Source: a virus (taxonomy: Duplodnaviria > Caudoviricetes). Taken from it: DNA of 64,000 nt. Location: positions 1 to 64,000 of IMG/VR virus record IMGVR_UViG_3300014204_000009; one strand, written 5' to 3'. The position numbers were made by a program, and so were the translations under genes. This document shows positions 38,635 through 47,943 of the stretch, piece after piece. The notes below the pieces were generated by a model, which worked only from the letters and a program-made list of their open reading frames with translations, ran no database searches and was not told where the DNA came from. Numbering within the stretch: the first letter of the stretch is position 1; every line of letters begins with the position of its first letter.

Positions 38635-38635
38635 A

Positions 38636-39709
38636 TTAATTCTTTATAGCAGTTTGTAATTCAGGACTTCCAAACATATTAACTGCAAGTCTTAAAGCTT
38701 CTGTATTAAAGTTATATTCATTTCCAAATAAAACATTATTCATTTTAACTTCTTCATTTTTATAATCTTTTACATTTTGAATATAACCAGCAATAGCATT
38801 ATAAGCACCAAATACAGTCCCTTTAGTAGTAATCATATCTTGTCCAACTCCAGCAATATTATACTCTTTAATTGAATTTATAATATTCTTTGTTTTAGTA
38901 GATATAATTTCAGTGTCAACATAATCTAATTTCCAATCTTGTGTAGCAAGTTGTTCTAGCTGTCCATCATTTAACATCATAGCATAAAAGTACTGATGAG
39001 CATACTTTTCCTCAATCTTAAGATTAACTAAAGCATTGAATAGTTCTTCATTTTTATTAATTAAACTAGAAGTAATTCCCATTAATTCTTGAGCTTTCTT
39101 AAGACTTTCATGAGCAGATGCTGTATGTTTAATTTTAATCTTGTGTTTACCAGACATCATGGCAGCGGCAAGGGTGTTTGCACAAACAACTCTAACATGA
39201 GTTACCATAGCTTCTATAGCAGCAGTACCATCATGAGACATTGTAAGTAGTATATAATTATCAATTAAATCATCTTTACCAATTCTCATATGATAGGGAA
39301 GTTTAGCTGTAATAAATATAGTTTCTCCATTACCAAGAGCTCCTGCGGTTTCATATATAGCAGCTCCCTCATGTACAATAGAATCAAAGAATTCAAATGC
39401 TTCTGTATTTTGTACAACTTCATATCTTCCCTTAACTATTCCAAATGGAAGACCAGTATCTTGTCTATAAGTTGCAAAATAATTAGGAATTTCAACTCCT
39501 TTCTTTTGTAATTTAATAGTAATATCATTAGGGTATTTACCCCATATTGGAAGTTTACCTACTTGAAAGTCTAAATTAGCTAATTCAATAGCTTCTTTAC
39601 TTGTCATAGCAGACTCTACAATTTGACCTAATCCATGCCAAGGTACTTCCTTAGCACTAGCAAAACTATAAGTGTTTTTAATAGAATTAAAATTAATGTT
39701 TGCTGGCAT
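38636..39709 (-). CDS. DUF932 family protein
   Basis: PWHGLG, YEVVQN.EAF.FFD, YETAGALGNG, SHDG, RVVCANTL and IKHT motifs. Confidence 0.85.
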   Translation of the reverse strand: MPANINFNSIKNTYSFASAKEVPWHGLGQIVESAMTSKEAIELANLDFQVGKLPIWGKYPNDITIKLQKKGVEIPNYFATYRQDTGLPFGIVKGRYEVVQNTEAFEFFDSIVHEGAAIYETAGALGNGETIFITAKLPYHMRIGKDDLIDNYILLTMSHDGTAAIEAMVTHVRVVCANTLAAAMMSGKHKIKIKHTASAHESLKKAQELMGITSSLINKNEELFNALVNLKIEEKYAHQYFYAMMLNDGQLEQLATQDWKLDYVDTEIISTKTKNIINSIKEYNIAGVGQDMITTKGTVFGAYNAIAGYIQNVKDYKNEEVKMNNVLFGNEYNFNTEALRLAVNMFGSPELQTAIKN

Positions 39710-39712
39710 AGT

Positions 39713-40006
39713 TTAAGATTTTATAAATAGTTCATTAAATAATATACTTTTGATAGGAATAAAATAAGTATTACTTGCTTGTAATATATAATCTCCTGAT
39801 TCTATTGAAGTATCATACCCCATTTCTTTATCTTGAGGAGTCATAAAAAAATATAACTCGGCAGGATCGTTAGAATTATTATAATTAGGTGGAAAATCAT
39901 CAGCATATTGATCTTTTAATATAGATTTAATTTCTTCTATATTACTAATTGATCCTGTAAATTGAATAGCATTTATACTATTAGTTCGTAATTGAAAGAT
40001 TTCCAT
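39713..40006 (-). CDS. 'KKPVxIEAxQ' family paralog D (divergent)
   Basis: INAIQFTG...NIEEIK...GDYIL...FIPIK..LFNELF. Confidence 0.5.
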   Translation of the reverse strand: MEIFQLRTNSINAIQFTGSISNIEEIKSILKDQYADDFPPNYNNSNDPAELYFFMTPQDKEMGYDTSIESGDYILQASNTYFIPIKSILFNELFIKS

Positions 40007-40012
40007 AGTTAT

Positions 40013-40315
40013 TTAATTTATAGTTTCCCAAGGTTCTAAATCATCTAATTTAACACTAAATACTTGATTAGTATCTAATTGCCCTAATCCCATTTCATCC
40101 ATTACTCCACCTTTACCTGTCTTTTGAACAACTACTGTTACTTCATCAATGGTATAATTATCTTTAATTGGTTCTTCAAAAGATATTATATAACATTGTT
40201 TTTCAGTATCTTTAAATTTATAAAGACAAATAGGTGGAAGTTTAAGAATTGCTTCTTGAATAATAGGTGGTCTTGTTTTAAACCACGTATTTTGTTTAAG
40301 TTCTTCTAGTGTCAT
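40013..40315 (-). CDS. hypothetical protein
   Basis: 100-aa ORF. Confidence 0.5.
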   Translation of the reverse strand: MTLEELKQNTWFKTRPPIIQEAILKLPPICLYKFKDTEKQCYIISFEEPIKDNYTIDEVTVVVQKTGKGGVMDEMGLGQLDTNQVFSVKLDDLEPWETIN

Positions 40316-40318
40316 AGT

Positions 40319-40606
40319 TTAATTTTCTCTAAATATGTTAATAATATGTTTTATATTAATATCTAAAACTTGTTTAGTTTCATATATATCATCTTTAAGT
40401 AATGTATGAGTTTTCAATATAAGAGGAATATTAGGAATAGTCTTATATATAAACTCATACATACACTCAATTGGCATATATTCATTAGTAGTCTTATAAT
40501 AAAATAATGTTCTATCTCCTTCTTTTATAATTCTAAAAGCAAGAAACTCATCATATAGAATATCATAAGTTAAAGGATCTTTACAAGTATATATAATACT
40601 ATACAT
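40319..40606 (-). CDS. hypothetical protein
   Basis: 95-aa ORF. Confidence 0.45.
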   Translation of the reverse strand: MYSIIYTCKDPLTYDILYDEFLAFRIIKEGDRTLFYYKTTNEYMPIECMYEFIYKTIPNIPLILKTHTLLKDDIYETKQVLDINIKHIINIFREN

Positions 40607-41209
40607 TTATTTAATTGTTAAAGAAGCTTTAGTAATTAAACTTGCTCCATTTACTTCTATTTCTTTTTCTATATCTTCTTTAATTAATGTTTTAGAAATG
40701 TTTATATTACCAATATCAATATTTATACCATATTGCGATGCTAAAGTTTGAACTTGTCTAGCTTCTTCATAAGGTAAAGTTTTAATAGAAGCAGTACAAT
40801 ATTTAATATTATTAGTATTTGCAATAAACTTCTCTTCATCTGCAATTTCGACACTTTGTCTATTAGTAGTCCAGAGTTTAGCAATTAATAAATCAACTTT
40901 CTTATTACCAGATTTACCATCTTCTCCAAAGAGAATAACAGCATTCTTAAGTGTATTTTTAAGTCTTTCAATTTTATTTAATCTACCTGCTTTAAGATCA
41001 TTTAATCTTTCAATTTCAGTATCAATAAAACTAGTTTCTGATTCTGTCATTCTAATGATATGAACATAAGCAGTAGCTTTAGCAATAAAGTCTTCTTTAT
41101 TTATAGCAAGTCTTTCTTCTAATTCAGGGGTTAATTCACCTTCTGATTCTTCTAGTTCAGCAACTATATTTAGATATTCTTCTGAAATATCATATATACT
41201 TTTATTCAT
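40607..41209 (-). CDS. Siphovirus Gp157-like protein
   Basis: SIYDIS..LEE.EGELTPE, EIERL..LK..LK, ISKT.IK and V.GA.L motifs. Confidence 0.75.
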   Translation of the reverse strand: MNKSIYDISEEYLNIVAELEESEGELTPELEERLAINKEDFIAKATAYVHIIRMTESETSFIDTEIERLNDLKAGRLNKIERLKNTLKNAVILFGEDGKSGNKKVDLLIAKLWTTNRQSVEIADEEKFIANTNNIKYCTASIKTLPYEEARQVQTLASQYGINIDIGNINISKTLIKEDIEKEIEVNGASLITKASLTIK

Positions 41210-41735
41210 GTTCTTCTGTATTTATATTAAAACTAGGTTTATCATAAAACAATTTACTAGGAACTTTTTGATTAATAAATATATTAACATTAGTTTTAAA
41301 TTCATCTAATGTTCCTGTATTATTAACTTTATAATTGTATTTAAAGTCTTGTGGAAGATAATTAACATAATCCCATTTTAATCCACGATCAATGTATACA
41401 ACTTTAACCTTTTTAGGATATGTTCTTCTAATGATAGCAATATCAGTAGGATTATTTACTTTTAAAAAGAATATAGTCTTATCAGTATCAAGTCGTTTAA
41501 TCTTCTTAATCATATGATAAGTTACAAGATTAGAATATACCAATAACTCTTTAATTTTATTAATATATCCAATCTGTCTTTTAGTAGGTTCTAAAGGAAA
41601 CATATCCTTTATTAAACTATTTAGTTCTGTCATATATGAAATAGTAACAGATCGTCTAACTTTACTATGAATAAATTTAGCAAATGTATCTCTACCTGAA
41701 TTAGGAAGTCCTGTTAGAATAAATATAGCTTTCAT
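41202..41735 (-). CDS. dNMP-kinase-like P-loop protein (Walker A Lys replaced by Arg)
   Basis: ILTGLPNSGRDTFA; C-terminal VNNTGTLDEF. Confidence 0.55.
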   Translation of the reverse strand: MKAIFILTGLPNSGRDTFAKFIHSKVRRSVTISYMTELNSLIKDMFPLEPTKRQIGYINKIKELLVYSNLVTYHMIKKIKRLDTDKTIFFLKVNNPTDIAIIRRTYPKKVKVVYIDRGLKWDYVNYLPQDFKYNYKVNNTGTLDEFKTNVNIFINQKVPSKLFYDKPSFNINTEEHE

Positions 41736-42028
41736 TATTTAGGTTTTATATATTCAATTGTATTATCTTTTATTTTCCATATATAAGTTTCATTATCTAA
41801 TTTTGAAGTATCTATTCCAGCCACTAAAGTTTCAATAGGAAAGGAATCAAGATTACTATATAATTTAATAGCACCTTCAAAGAATAAGTGTACTAATTCC
41901 CCTCTTAATCTGGCTATCTTTCTTTCTCTTTTCCATTTCTTCTTTTGTTGAATTTGTATTAGTTTATATAGATATAGTTGTTTTCTTCGTAGTCGTCTTA
42001 TCTTCTTATTTAGTTTATTTTGTTTCAT
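41735..42028 (-). CDS. hypothetical basic protein
   Basis: 97 aa with a K/R-rich N-terminus. Confidence 0.45.
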   Translation of the reverse strand: MKQNKLNKKIRRLRRKQLYLYKLIQIQQKKKWKRERKIARLRGELVHLFFEGAIKLYSNLDSFPIETLVAGIDTSKLDNETYIWKIKDNTIEYIKPK

Positions 42029-42029
42029 A

Positions 42030-42201
42030 TTAATAATTTATATCATCAAATAAAATAGGTATTTTAGATTTAAATTCATCTAATAGAGGACACATAACTT
42101 CACGCATAGAAGGATGTGCTGTTTTAGCTGTTCTAAGTTTAAATATATGTCTCCACATTAATAGGAGTAAGTATTTTGTAATAAGGTTTAATTAGTTTCA
42201 T
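42030..42201 (-). pseudogene. thyX: thyX (FAD-dependent thymidylate synthase) remnant with an internal deletion
   Basis: N-terminus MKLIKPYYKILTPIN joined out of frame to the ThyX C-terminus WRHIFKLRTAKTAHPSMREVMCPLLDEFKSKIPILFDDINY. Confidence 0.75.
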
Positions 42202-42202
42202 A

Positions 42203-42442
42203 TTATTTATTTATTGTATCTCCAATATTATATAATTTACCTTTAAAGAAAGCATCTTTAGATATTTCTAAAGTAGTATGATTTCCATTAGCATCTTTAC
42301 ATGTATAAATAGTATTACCCCATCCATCCATATTTATTCTTACTATAACTAATGGAAATTTAGGCATACTCCATAAAGATAGTAATACACAAAATGTAAT
42401 CATTCCTATAAATATTAATATTACTTGATATTTAAATTTCAT
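42203..42442 (-). CDS. small membrane-anchored protein
   Basis: N-terminal TM helix; ends YNIGDTI. Confidence 0.5.
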   Translation of the reverse strand: MKFKYQVILIFIGMITFCVLLSLWSMPKFPLVIVRINMDGWGNTIYTCKDANGNHTTLEISKDAFFKGKLYNIGDTINK

Positions 42443-42704
42443 CAGTTATTCTTTTATAATTTTTACCATCATATACAATTCTCATAGGCATTCCAAAATC
42501 AAGATTAGTTATTTCATCTCTATCTTTAGCTTCTATTAATTCTTTCTTTATTCTAACTAATCTATTAGGGGAGTTAATCTCTGATTTATTCTTATTAATA
42601 GTTGTTACTATTCCTTCATTTTCAAGAGTACAAGTAACCATGTATTCTTTATTTGTACCTTTGTGCATAAAAGAATAATATGAATGTACTATAAATTCTT
42701 CCAT
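42432..42704 (-). CDS. hypothetical protein
   Basis: 90-aa ORF. Confidence 0.45.
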   Translation of the reverse strand: MEEFIVHSYYSFMHKGTNKEYMVTCTLENEGIVTTINKNKSEINSPNRLVRIKKELIEAKDRDEITNLDFGMPMRIVYDGKNYKRITDEI

Positions 42705-42707
42705 ATA

Positions 42708-42911
42708 TTAATCTTTTATTTTATTAATAACTAATATTCTCTCACTAGTAGGAATATGATTATCTAATGAACTATTTTGTACAAGTGCATCATTAATCCT
42801 AAGTTTTACATTTAATCTCCCAATTTGATCTTCAGCATCTATTTCATCTATAGCTTCTATATCAATAGTACCTGTAAATATATATGATATTTTAGTTCTA
42901 AATATAGACAT
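42708..42911 (-). CDS. hypothetical protein
   Basis: 67-aa ORF. Confidence 0.45.
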   Translation of the reverse strand: MSIFRTKISYIFTGTIDIEAIDEIDAEDQIGRLNVKLRINDALVQNSSLDNHIPTSERILVINKIKD

Positions 42912-42912
42912 A

Positions 42913-43335
42913 CTAAGATATATTATTTATAATACCTTTATGATTTTCTATATCTAGTGCTAAAGGAATTAACCAACTAAGATTAGGATATATATAAGAA
43001 TGGTTTATATTAATATTACTTGTTGGAACAATTACTATCATTTCATCTGTGGTAGTTGTTACAAATTCTATAGTATTAATACTATAAAAGAAATATACAA
43101 TACCTCTATCAAACTCAATCCTAGCAAATTGTTTCCAATCATTTATATCTAATCCTGCTTCTTCTTTGAATTCTCTTTTCATAGCTTCTTTAGGAGTTTC
43201 ATTTTCTTCAATATGTCCTCCTATACCATTAAGTTTTCCTATTTGCCATTCGGGTCTATTTTTCTCTATTAGTACAACTTGTTTCTTATCATTAGAAAAT
43301 AGAAATCCTACTACATATTCAGTTTTCTTATTCAT
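42913..43335 (-). CDS. NUDIX hydrolase
   Basis: Nudix box GGHIEENETPKEAMKREFKEEAGL. Confidence 0.9.
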   Translation of the reverse strand: MNKKTEYVVGFLFSNDKKQVVLIEKNRPEWQIGKLNGIGGHIEENETPKEAMKREFKEEAGLDINDWKQFARIEFDRGIVYFFYSINTIEFVTTTTDEMIVIVPTSNININHSYIYPNLSWLIPLALDIENHKGIINNIS

Positions 43336-43336
43336 A

Positions 43337-44590
43337 TTATTCAGGTATTAAATCATTTTTATCAAAATCAGCTTTATCACGTATTGTAACTACATTAGAA
43401 TGAAATGGAACTTCTTTAACTCCACTTCTTTCATAGAATTCTACAGTAGCATATTGTCCAATATACTTACTCTTATTAAGTAAATACTCTTGTCGTTGAG
43501 TTTCATCACCATAAGGAACACTTTCAAATGTAGAATCATTAATATCATTATGAAGAACAAAACAAATATAACTTCTATTACCAGTATCTTCTTTAAGAAT
43601 GATATCATTAATTATACATTCTGTATTCTTTTTATGTTTAAGTTTAAGCATAGTAGAAGGTCTTCCACCAAAGTTATACATTGCTTCCATATTTCTAAAT
43701 ATAGAACCTTCATACCCAATCTTAAGATATTTTTCATTCCATATTATAGCATCTTCATATGACATACATACATTATGATCTAAATATATAATATTACCAG
43801 ATTGATGATATGTATAATCCATTACATTATTAAATAATAGGATATCTCTATCTTTCTGAATAATATTAGGAACACTTAAATCAAAAGTATAAAATTTAAC
43901 TTTAGTAGGATTTAATGAACATTTATTTATCTTTCCATCTATTTTAAAAGGACAACTGGCTTTAATCTGATTTAATTTAAGTTCATGAGAATATAATTCA
44001 CCATCATAAGCTATTCTATCTCCTGTATTACGATTTATAAAATAATCTTCTCTTAAAGATTCAGTAATATGTGGCATAAAATATTCTATTCCCTCTTTGC
44101 TTCTAAGAATAGCAGAAGGACAAGTTTGTTTAAACATATCTTCTCCAATAGTATAATCATCTTCCCATCTAAGTACTGCTCTTAATCCATTAAGTTTAGG
44201 TTGTTGAATACAAGGAAACCCAATCTTTTTAGTAAGCTTTTCTTTACTAAAATCCTTTTGAGCCTTCATAGGTTTTAAAATCTCATTAATATCAGTAATC
44301 AAAGGAGAAATATCTTCCAATCTCTCCTTATAACCTTGTTTAAGTTTAAGTAACCATTCAGCTTCAGCTTCTTTTTTAGCTTGTTCTAATGGACTAGTTT
44401 CATTTGCTCTACCTATGTTAACTCCATATACTTCCTTTTGAATATTAGTTTGTTTACCATTCAATTGACCATATGAAGTATTGATAATACCACATACTCC
44501 ATTATAAAGATAACTAATAGTCCAAGTTAAAGGATTGTATAATCCATATTTATAAAGAATTGGAAGTTTAGTTACATTACCTGTTTCCAT
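43337..44590 (-). CDS. ATP-dependent DNA ligase
   Basis: QPKLNGLR (motif I), DGELY, FD, YEGSIFR and LKLK motifs. Confidence 0.9.
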   Translation of the reverse strand: METGNVTKLPILYKYGLYNPLTWTISYLYNGVCGIINTSYGQLNGKQTNIQKEVYGVNIGRANETSPLEQAKKEAEAEWLLKLKQGYKERLEDISPLITDINEILKPMKAQKDFSKEKLTKKIGFPCIQQPKLNGLRAVLRWEDDYTIGEDMFKQTCPSAILRSKEGIEYFMPHITESLREDYFINRNTGDRIAYDGELYSHELKLNQIKASCPFKIDGKINKCSLNPTKVKFYTFDLSVPNIIQKDRDILLFNNVMDYTYHQSGNIIYLDHNVCMSYEDAIIWNEKYLKIGYEGSIFRNMEAMYNFGGRPSTMLKLKHKKNTECIINDIILKEDTGNRSYICFVLHNDINDSTFESVPYGDETQRQEYLLNKSKYIGQYATVEFYERSGVKEVPFHSNVVTIRDKADFDKNDLIPE

Positions 44591-44780
44591 AATCTTTATC
44601 TTTAAGTAAAATTTCAGCTATTATCCAGCTTGTATATCCAATTCCAATTCCAGTAAGAAGATTAAGTATAAGATTAAAAGTGGAAATATTATTACTTATA
44701 GTATTTATATCATCTGATATATTAGCTATAGGTAAACCTATACAAAATGTTAGTATAATTTTATTTATAAGTCTTTTCAT
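44577..44780 (-). CDS. small membrane protein
   Basis: Two hydrophobic segments. Confidence 0.4.
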   Translation of the reverse strand: MKRLINKIILTFCIGLPIANISDDINTISNNISTFNLILNLLTGIGIGYTSWIIAEILLKDKDYGNR

Positions 44781-44781
44781 G

Positions 44782-45063
44782 TCATAATTCTTTAAACTGT
44801 TTATCTAGTTTATCAACTTTATCTTGTTGTTCTTTTAAGATAACTTCCATTAAATGTTTAAATCTCTTAATTTGTTCTTTATTCTTAAGGTCTAATTTAA
44901 TATCAACTAATGTATGTTGATTAAAATCATCATATGTGTATTTAATATAAATAGATATAGGAGCTGTTACATGAGCTGCTATATTTAATTCCATCAACCA
45001 CCTAATTGCATTGGTTAGTTCAGGATATATTCTATTTGCTTCTTCTAATTTTGTAGTATCCAT
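44782..45063 (-). CDS. hypothetical protein
   Basis: 93 aa with a coiled-coil C-terminus. Confidence 0.45.
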   Translation of the reverse strand: MDTTKLEEANRIYPELTNAIRWLMELNIAAHVTAPISIYIKYTYDDFNQHTLVDIKLDLKNKEQIKRFKHLMEVILKEQQDKVDKLDKQFKEL

Positions 45064-45066
45064 ATA

Positions 45067-45516
45067 TTAAATATTAAAATATAATTTAAGTATTTCAGGA
45101 GTAATATGAGTCATAGATTTAATCTGCTCTAAAGCTTTTAAATCTTCATCAGTAAGAATAAGTTGTATATTTCGATCTTCTGTATTATATATATTTAGAC
45201 TACCTATACTAATTTTATCATTATCTTTAATTAATAAATGAAGTAAACAAGTATAGTTAATCATATCAATAATTCTACCTTCTATAGGTTCACTTTCTAC
45301 TTTACCATCTTTAGCAAAATTAGTAAGTGCATTCCAATGTTTAGATGCAAATACTGCCCATACTTGAAAAGGAGATATACCTAAATCTTTAGCAATCTTC
45401 TTAAATCCTGCAAGTGGATCACCATCAGTAGCATAATCTTTATTTTTAACTTTTAGAAGATCAACTGATTTAGCAATTAAATCTTCATGTTCTTTAAGAA
45501 ATGTATCTAAATTCAT
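45067..45516 (-). CDS. nucleotide-modification-associated domain protein (DUF1599/Nmad1-like, all-helical)
   Basis: KNKDYA...DPLAGF...KH...ESEPIEGRIIDMINY. Confidence 0.65.
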   Translation of the reverse strand: MNLDTFLKEHEDLIAKSVDLLKVKNKDYATDGDPLAGFKKIAKDLGISPFQVWAVFASKHWNALTNFAKDGKVESEPIEGRIIDMINYTCLLHLLIKDNDKISIGSLNIYNTEDRNIQLILTDEDLKALEQIKSMTHITPEILKLYFNI

Positions 45517-45743
45517 AATTCAGGATTTAAGTTTTCTTCAATAAATCTTATAAATAATTCATTTGTAGTAAGTGGATAAGTCATTGTTTTATAATTAGTA
45601 GTATTGTACCACTTATCTGTTTCAGCAAATTCATTCTTTCTAGTTTCATATTTAGCCCACATACCTTTACTTATCCATTCAGCAAATTTTAATGCTACAT
45701 GAATTGGTATTCTAGTATATTCAAGATGTACTCTAGGTATCAT
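45513..45743 (-). CDS. hypothetical protein
   Basis: 76 aa; FAEW and TTNELF motifs. Confidence 0.45.
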   Translation of the reverse strand: MIPRVHLEYTRIPIHVALKFAEWISKGMWAKYETRKNEFAETDKWYNTTNYKTMTYPLTTNELFIRFIEENLNPEL

Positions 45744-45979
45744 AATCTATCTATATATAAGTATTTAACTAATTTTCTAAGTAATGAGTATTCTCCAGTA
45801 GTGAAACCAATAGTACGATATCCAGATACATCATGTATAGCAATATCAAAACCTTCACCATTAGACCATTCAGTAACTTCTATAAAATCTCCTTTTCCTT
45901 CTTTAGCAAAAGGACAATATCCAGATAATTCAGAAAATACTGTTTTTCTTTCATTAGTTTTAAAGTTTATAGTATTCAT
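45740..45979 (-). CDS. hypothetical protein
   Basis: DFIEVTEWSNGEGFDI motif. Confidence 0.5.
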   Translation of the reverse strand: MNTINFKTNERKTVFSELSGYCPFAKEGKGDFIEVTEWSNGEGFDIAIHDVSGYRTIGFTTGEYSLLRKLVKYLYIDRL

Positions 45980-45983
45980 AACA

Positions 45984-46898
45984 TTAGTTTATATAAATTA
46001 AGTATAATCTTAATACAATAAAATTTATAATTCTTCTAATTATAGAAGATTTATATGGTTGTCTAAACTGTTTCATAATATAAGGAATAGATTTTGTACC
46101 AGGATAAAACATAGTATCATCTATATTATCTACAATCTTACTATCTAATCTCTTTGAATTTTTACTATTAGTTCCTGAATTATCATTTCCAATATGACGT
46201 ACTAAAGATTCTCTTGGATAAATAGTTACATTATGTAGAACATATTCTTCAAAAGTTGCTCTAATAGCCCAAGAATCAAGCTTTCTAATTATACTTTGAA
46301 ATAGCATTGGAGTTAAATCAATTCCTCCAATGTTAAAAGCTTTTCGTGAGCTAGAAGATTTAATAAATGTATTAAACATACTAATATTCCAATCTATAGT
46401 ATTCCATTTATATTTCCATGTTGCCCATCCAATAGAACAAAATCTAGGACTAGCATATGTAGAAAATCTATAGTTTTTATAGAATTTTATATTAGGTGAA
46501 TAAGCTGAAATTGAGAATACATGTGTATAATAATAAAATACAAGAGCACTATTCATATAATCTATAAAACCTGTAGATACTACTATATCATCCTCTAATA
46601 CAATAATAACATCTCTAATAGATAATTCAGTAGTAACCGCATTTATTATATTATTAGATAATCCTCTATTATGTGATCTTTCAACTATTCTTATAGATTT
46701 AAATCCTGTAATAGAATAACAATATTCTTTAACTTTATTAACATTTATACGATCATTATCATTATCTTTTGCTCCATCAATATAAATGATAACATTTGTA
46801 TTTTCAGCATTATTACATCTTAATAAAGATTCTACAGTTTGTCTTATATGATAAGGTCTATTATAAGCAATAATTAAAATATCAGCAAATTCATTCAT
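45984..46898 (-). CDS. GT-A fold glycosyltransferase (bacterial sugar-transferase type)
   Basis: AYNRP, YIDG, NRGL, IVLEDD, GWATW, DSW and HIGND.SGT motifs. Confidence 0.85.
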   Translation of the reverse strand: MNEFADILIIAYNRPYHIRQTVESLLRCNNAENTNVIIYIDGAKDNDNDRINVNKVKEYCYSITGFKSIRIVERSHNRGLSNNIINAVTTELSIRDVIIVLEDDIVVSTGFIDYMNSALVFYYYTHVFSISAYSPNIKFYKNYRFSTYASPRFCSIGWATWKYKWNTIDWNISMFNTFIKSSSSRKAFNIGGIDLTPMLFQSIIRKLDSWAIRATFEEYVLHNVTIYPRESLVRHIGNDNSGTNSKNSKRLDSKIVDNIDDTMFYPGTKSIPYIMKQFRQPYKSSIIRRIINFIVLRLYLIYIN

Positions 46899-46902
46899 AT
46901 CT

Positions 46903-47379
46903 TTATTTATTAATTATTCTATAATCCCATATAACTAAATCTGTAATTCTTTTTTTATTATCATCCAAATACCATACAGGATATTGTAGATATTCATCCC
47001 ATATAATATAGCCATATATATAATAACAAGAATAATCATAATCCTCTCTAATATATATGTTAGTATCTATGAATATATTAGACCTTATATATTTAATTTT
47101 AGTAGTATCACTTACTAACAATAAGGAAGAAGAAGTATCATAATGAATATAATCTTCTATAGGCAATAATGTATCATAATGAATATAATCTTCTATAAGC
47201 CATAATGTATCATGGATAGTAATTAATTTATTAGTATCAAATTGCATATAGTAATTTGGTACTATTAATATAGTATCACATTTTATATAATATAAACTAT
47301 CTATATATTGTGATTTACAATTAAATCCTATAATAAGTAGTAGTATTAATATCTTTTTCATCTTATTGTTATTATACAT
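46903..47379 (-). CDS. exported protein or lipoprotein with an internal tandem repeat
   Basis: MKKILILLLIIGFNC signal; IEDYIHYDT twice. Confidence 0.5.
   Translation of the reverse strand: MYNNNKMKKILILLLIIGFNCKSQYIDSLYYIKCDTILIVPNYYMQFDTNKLITIHDTLWLIEDYIHYDTLLPIEDYIHYDTSSSLLLVSDTTKIKYIRSNIFIDTNIYIREDYDYSCYYIYGYIIWDEYLQYPVWYLDDNKKRITDLVIWDYRIINK
47135..47213. repeat. 36-bp tandem repeat (about 2.2 copies)
   Basis: GTATCATAATGAATATAATCTTCTATA at 47135 and 47171; partial third copy at 47207. Confidence 0.85.
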
Positions 47380-47683
47380 CAGAAGATTTATCTATATTTT
47401 CACTATTATGACCATGATATTCGTTTGCCCCACAAATATCACATCCCATACTACTTTTTTTAGGTTGTTGGTACTTGCGGAGGATGGTGAGTACTGTTTG
47501 AATGGCTTGATTCCATTCTTCCAATACAGTAGTATCTATTAGCCCCTCGATCTCCTTAATTATGGCGGGGAGGTTGGATTCCTGAGAACATTCATTCCAT
47601 ACTTGTAATAGTGCTTGCTTGACACTTACACTATCTGGGTAGGCTGTGCTTTCTTGTATCTCTTTAATTCTATCTGAATTCAT
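47372..47683 (-). CDS. hypothetical protein (GC-richer than its surroundings)
   Basis: IQESTAYPDSVSVKQALLQVWNE motif; C-terminal CDICG..H. Confidence 0.5.
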   Translation of the reverse strand: MNSDRIKEIQESTAYPDSVSVKQALLQVWNECSQESNLPAIIKEIEGLIDTTVLEEWNQAIQTVLTILRKYQQPKKSSMGCDICGANEYHGHNSENIDKSSDV

Positions 47684-47943
47684 TTCTCTATAATTAAATT
47701 GAGTATACTTAAATTATCTTTACATTCTTGATCTCCAATCTGATATGTAGAATCAGTTAGATAAGTAGTAGAATCACAATCTGTAGTTAATACTACATAA
47801 GATTCATTATCTTGATTTATACCTTTATTTGTAATAGTTCCACAATCACAATCTTCATTATCATTCCAACAGCTATTTATAAATAGTGGAATAAGTAATA
47901 TTAATATATATTTCATATCATTTATGTTTATAATACCAATCAA
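47680..47943 (-). CDS. putative lipoprotein (likely start at MKYIL)
   Basis: MKYILILLIPLFINS|C followed by acidic WNDNEDCDC. Confidence 0.55.
   Translation of the reverse strand: MIGIININDMKYILILLIPLFINSCWNDNEDCDCGTITNKGINQDNESYVVLTTDCDSTTYLTDSTYQIGDQECKDNLSILNLIIEK

Noticed and set aside
47135-47213. CRISPR-like repeat
   Set aside because: It is a head-to-tail in-frame coding repeat with no unique spacers.
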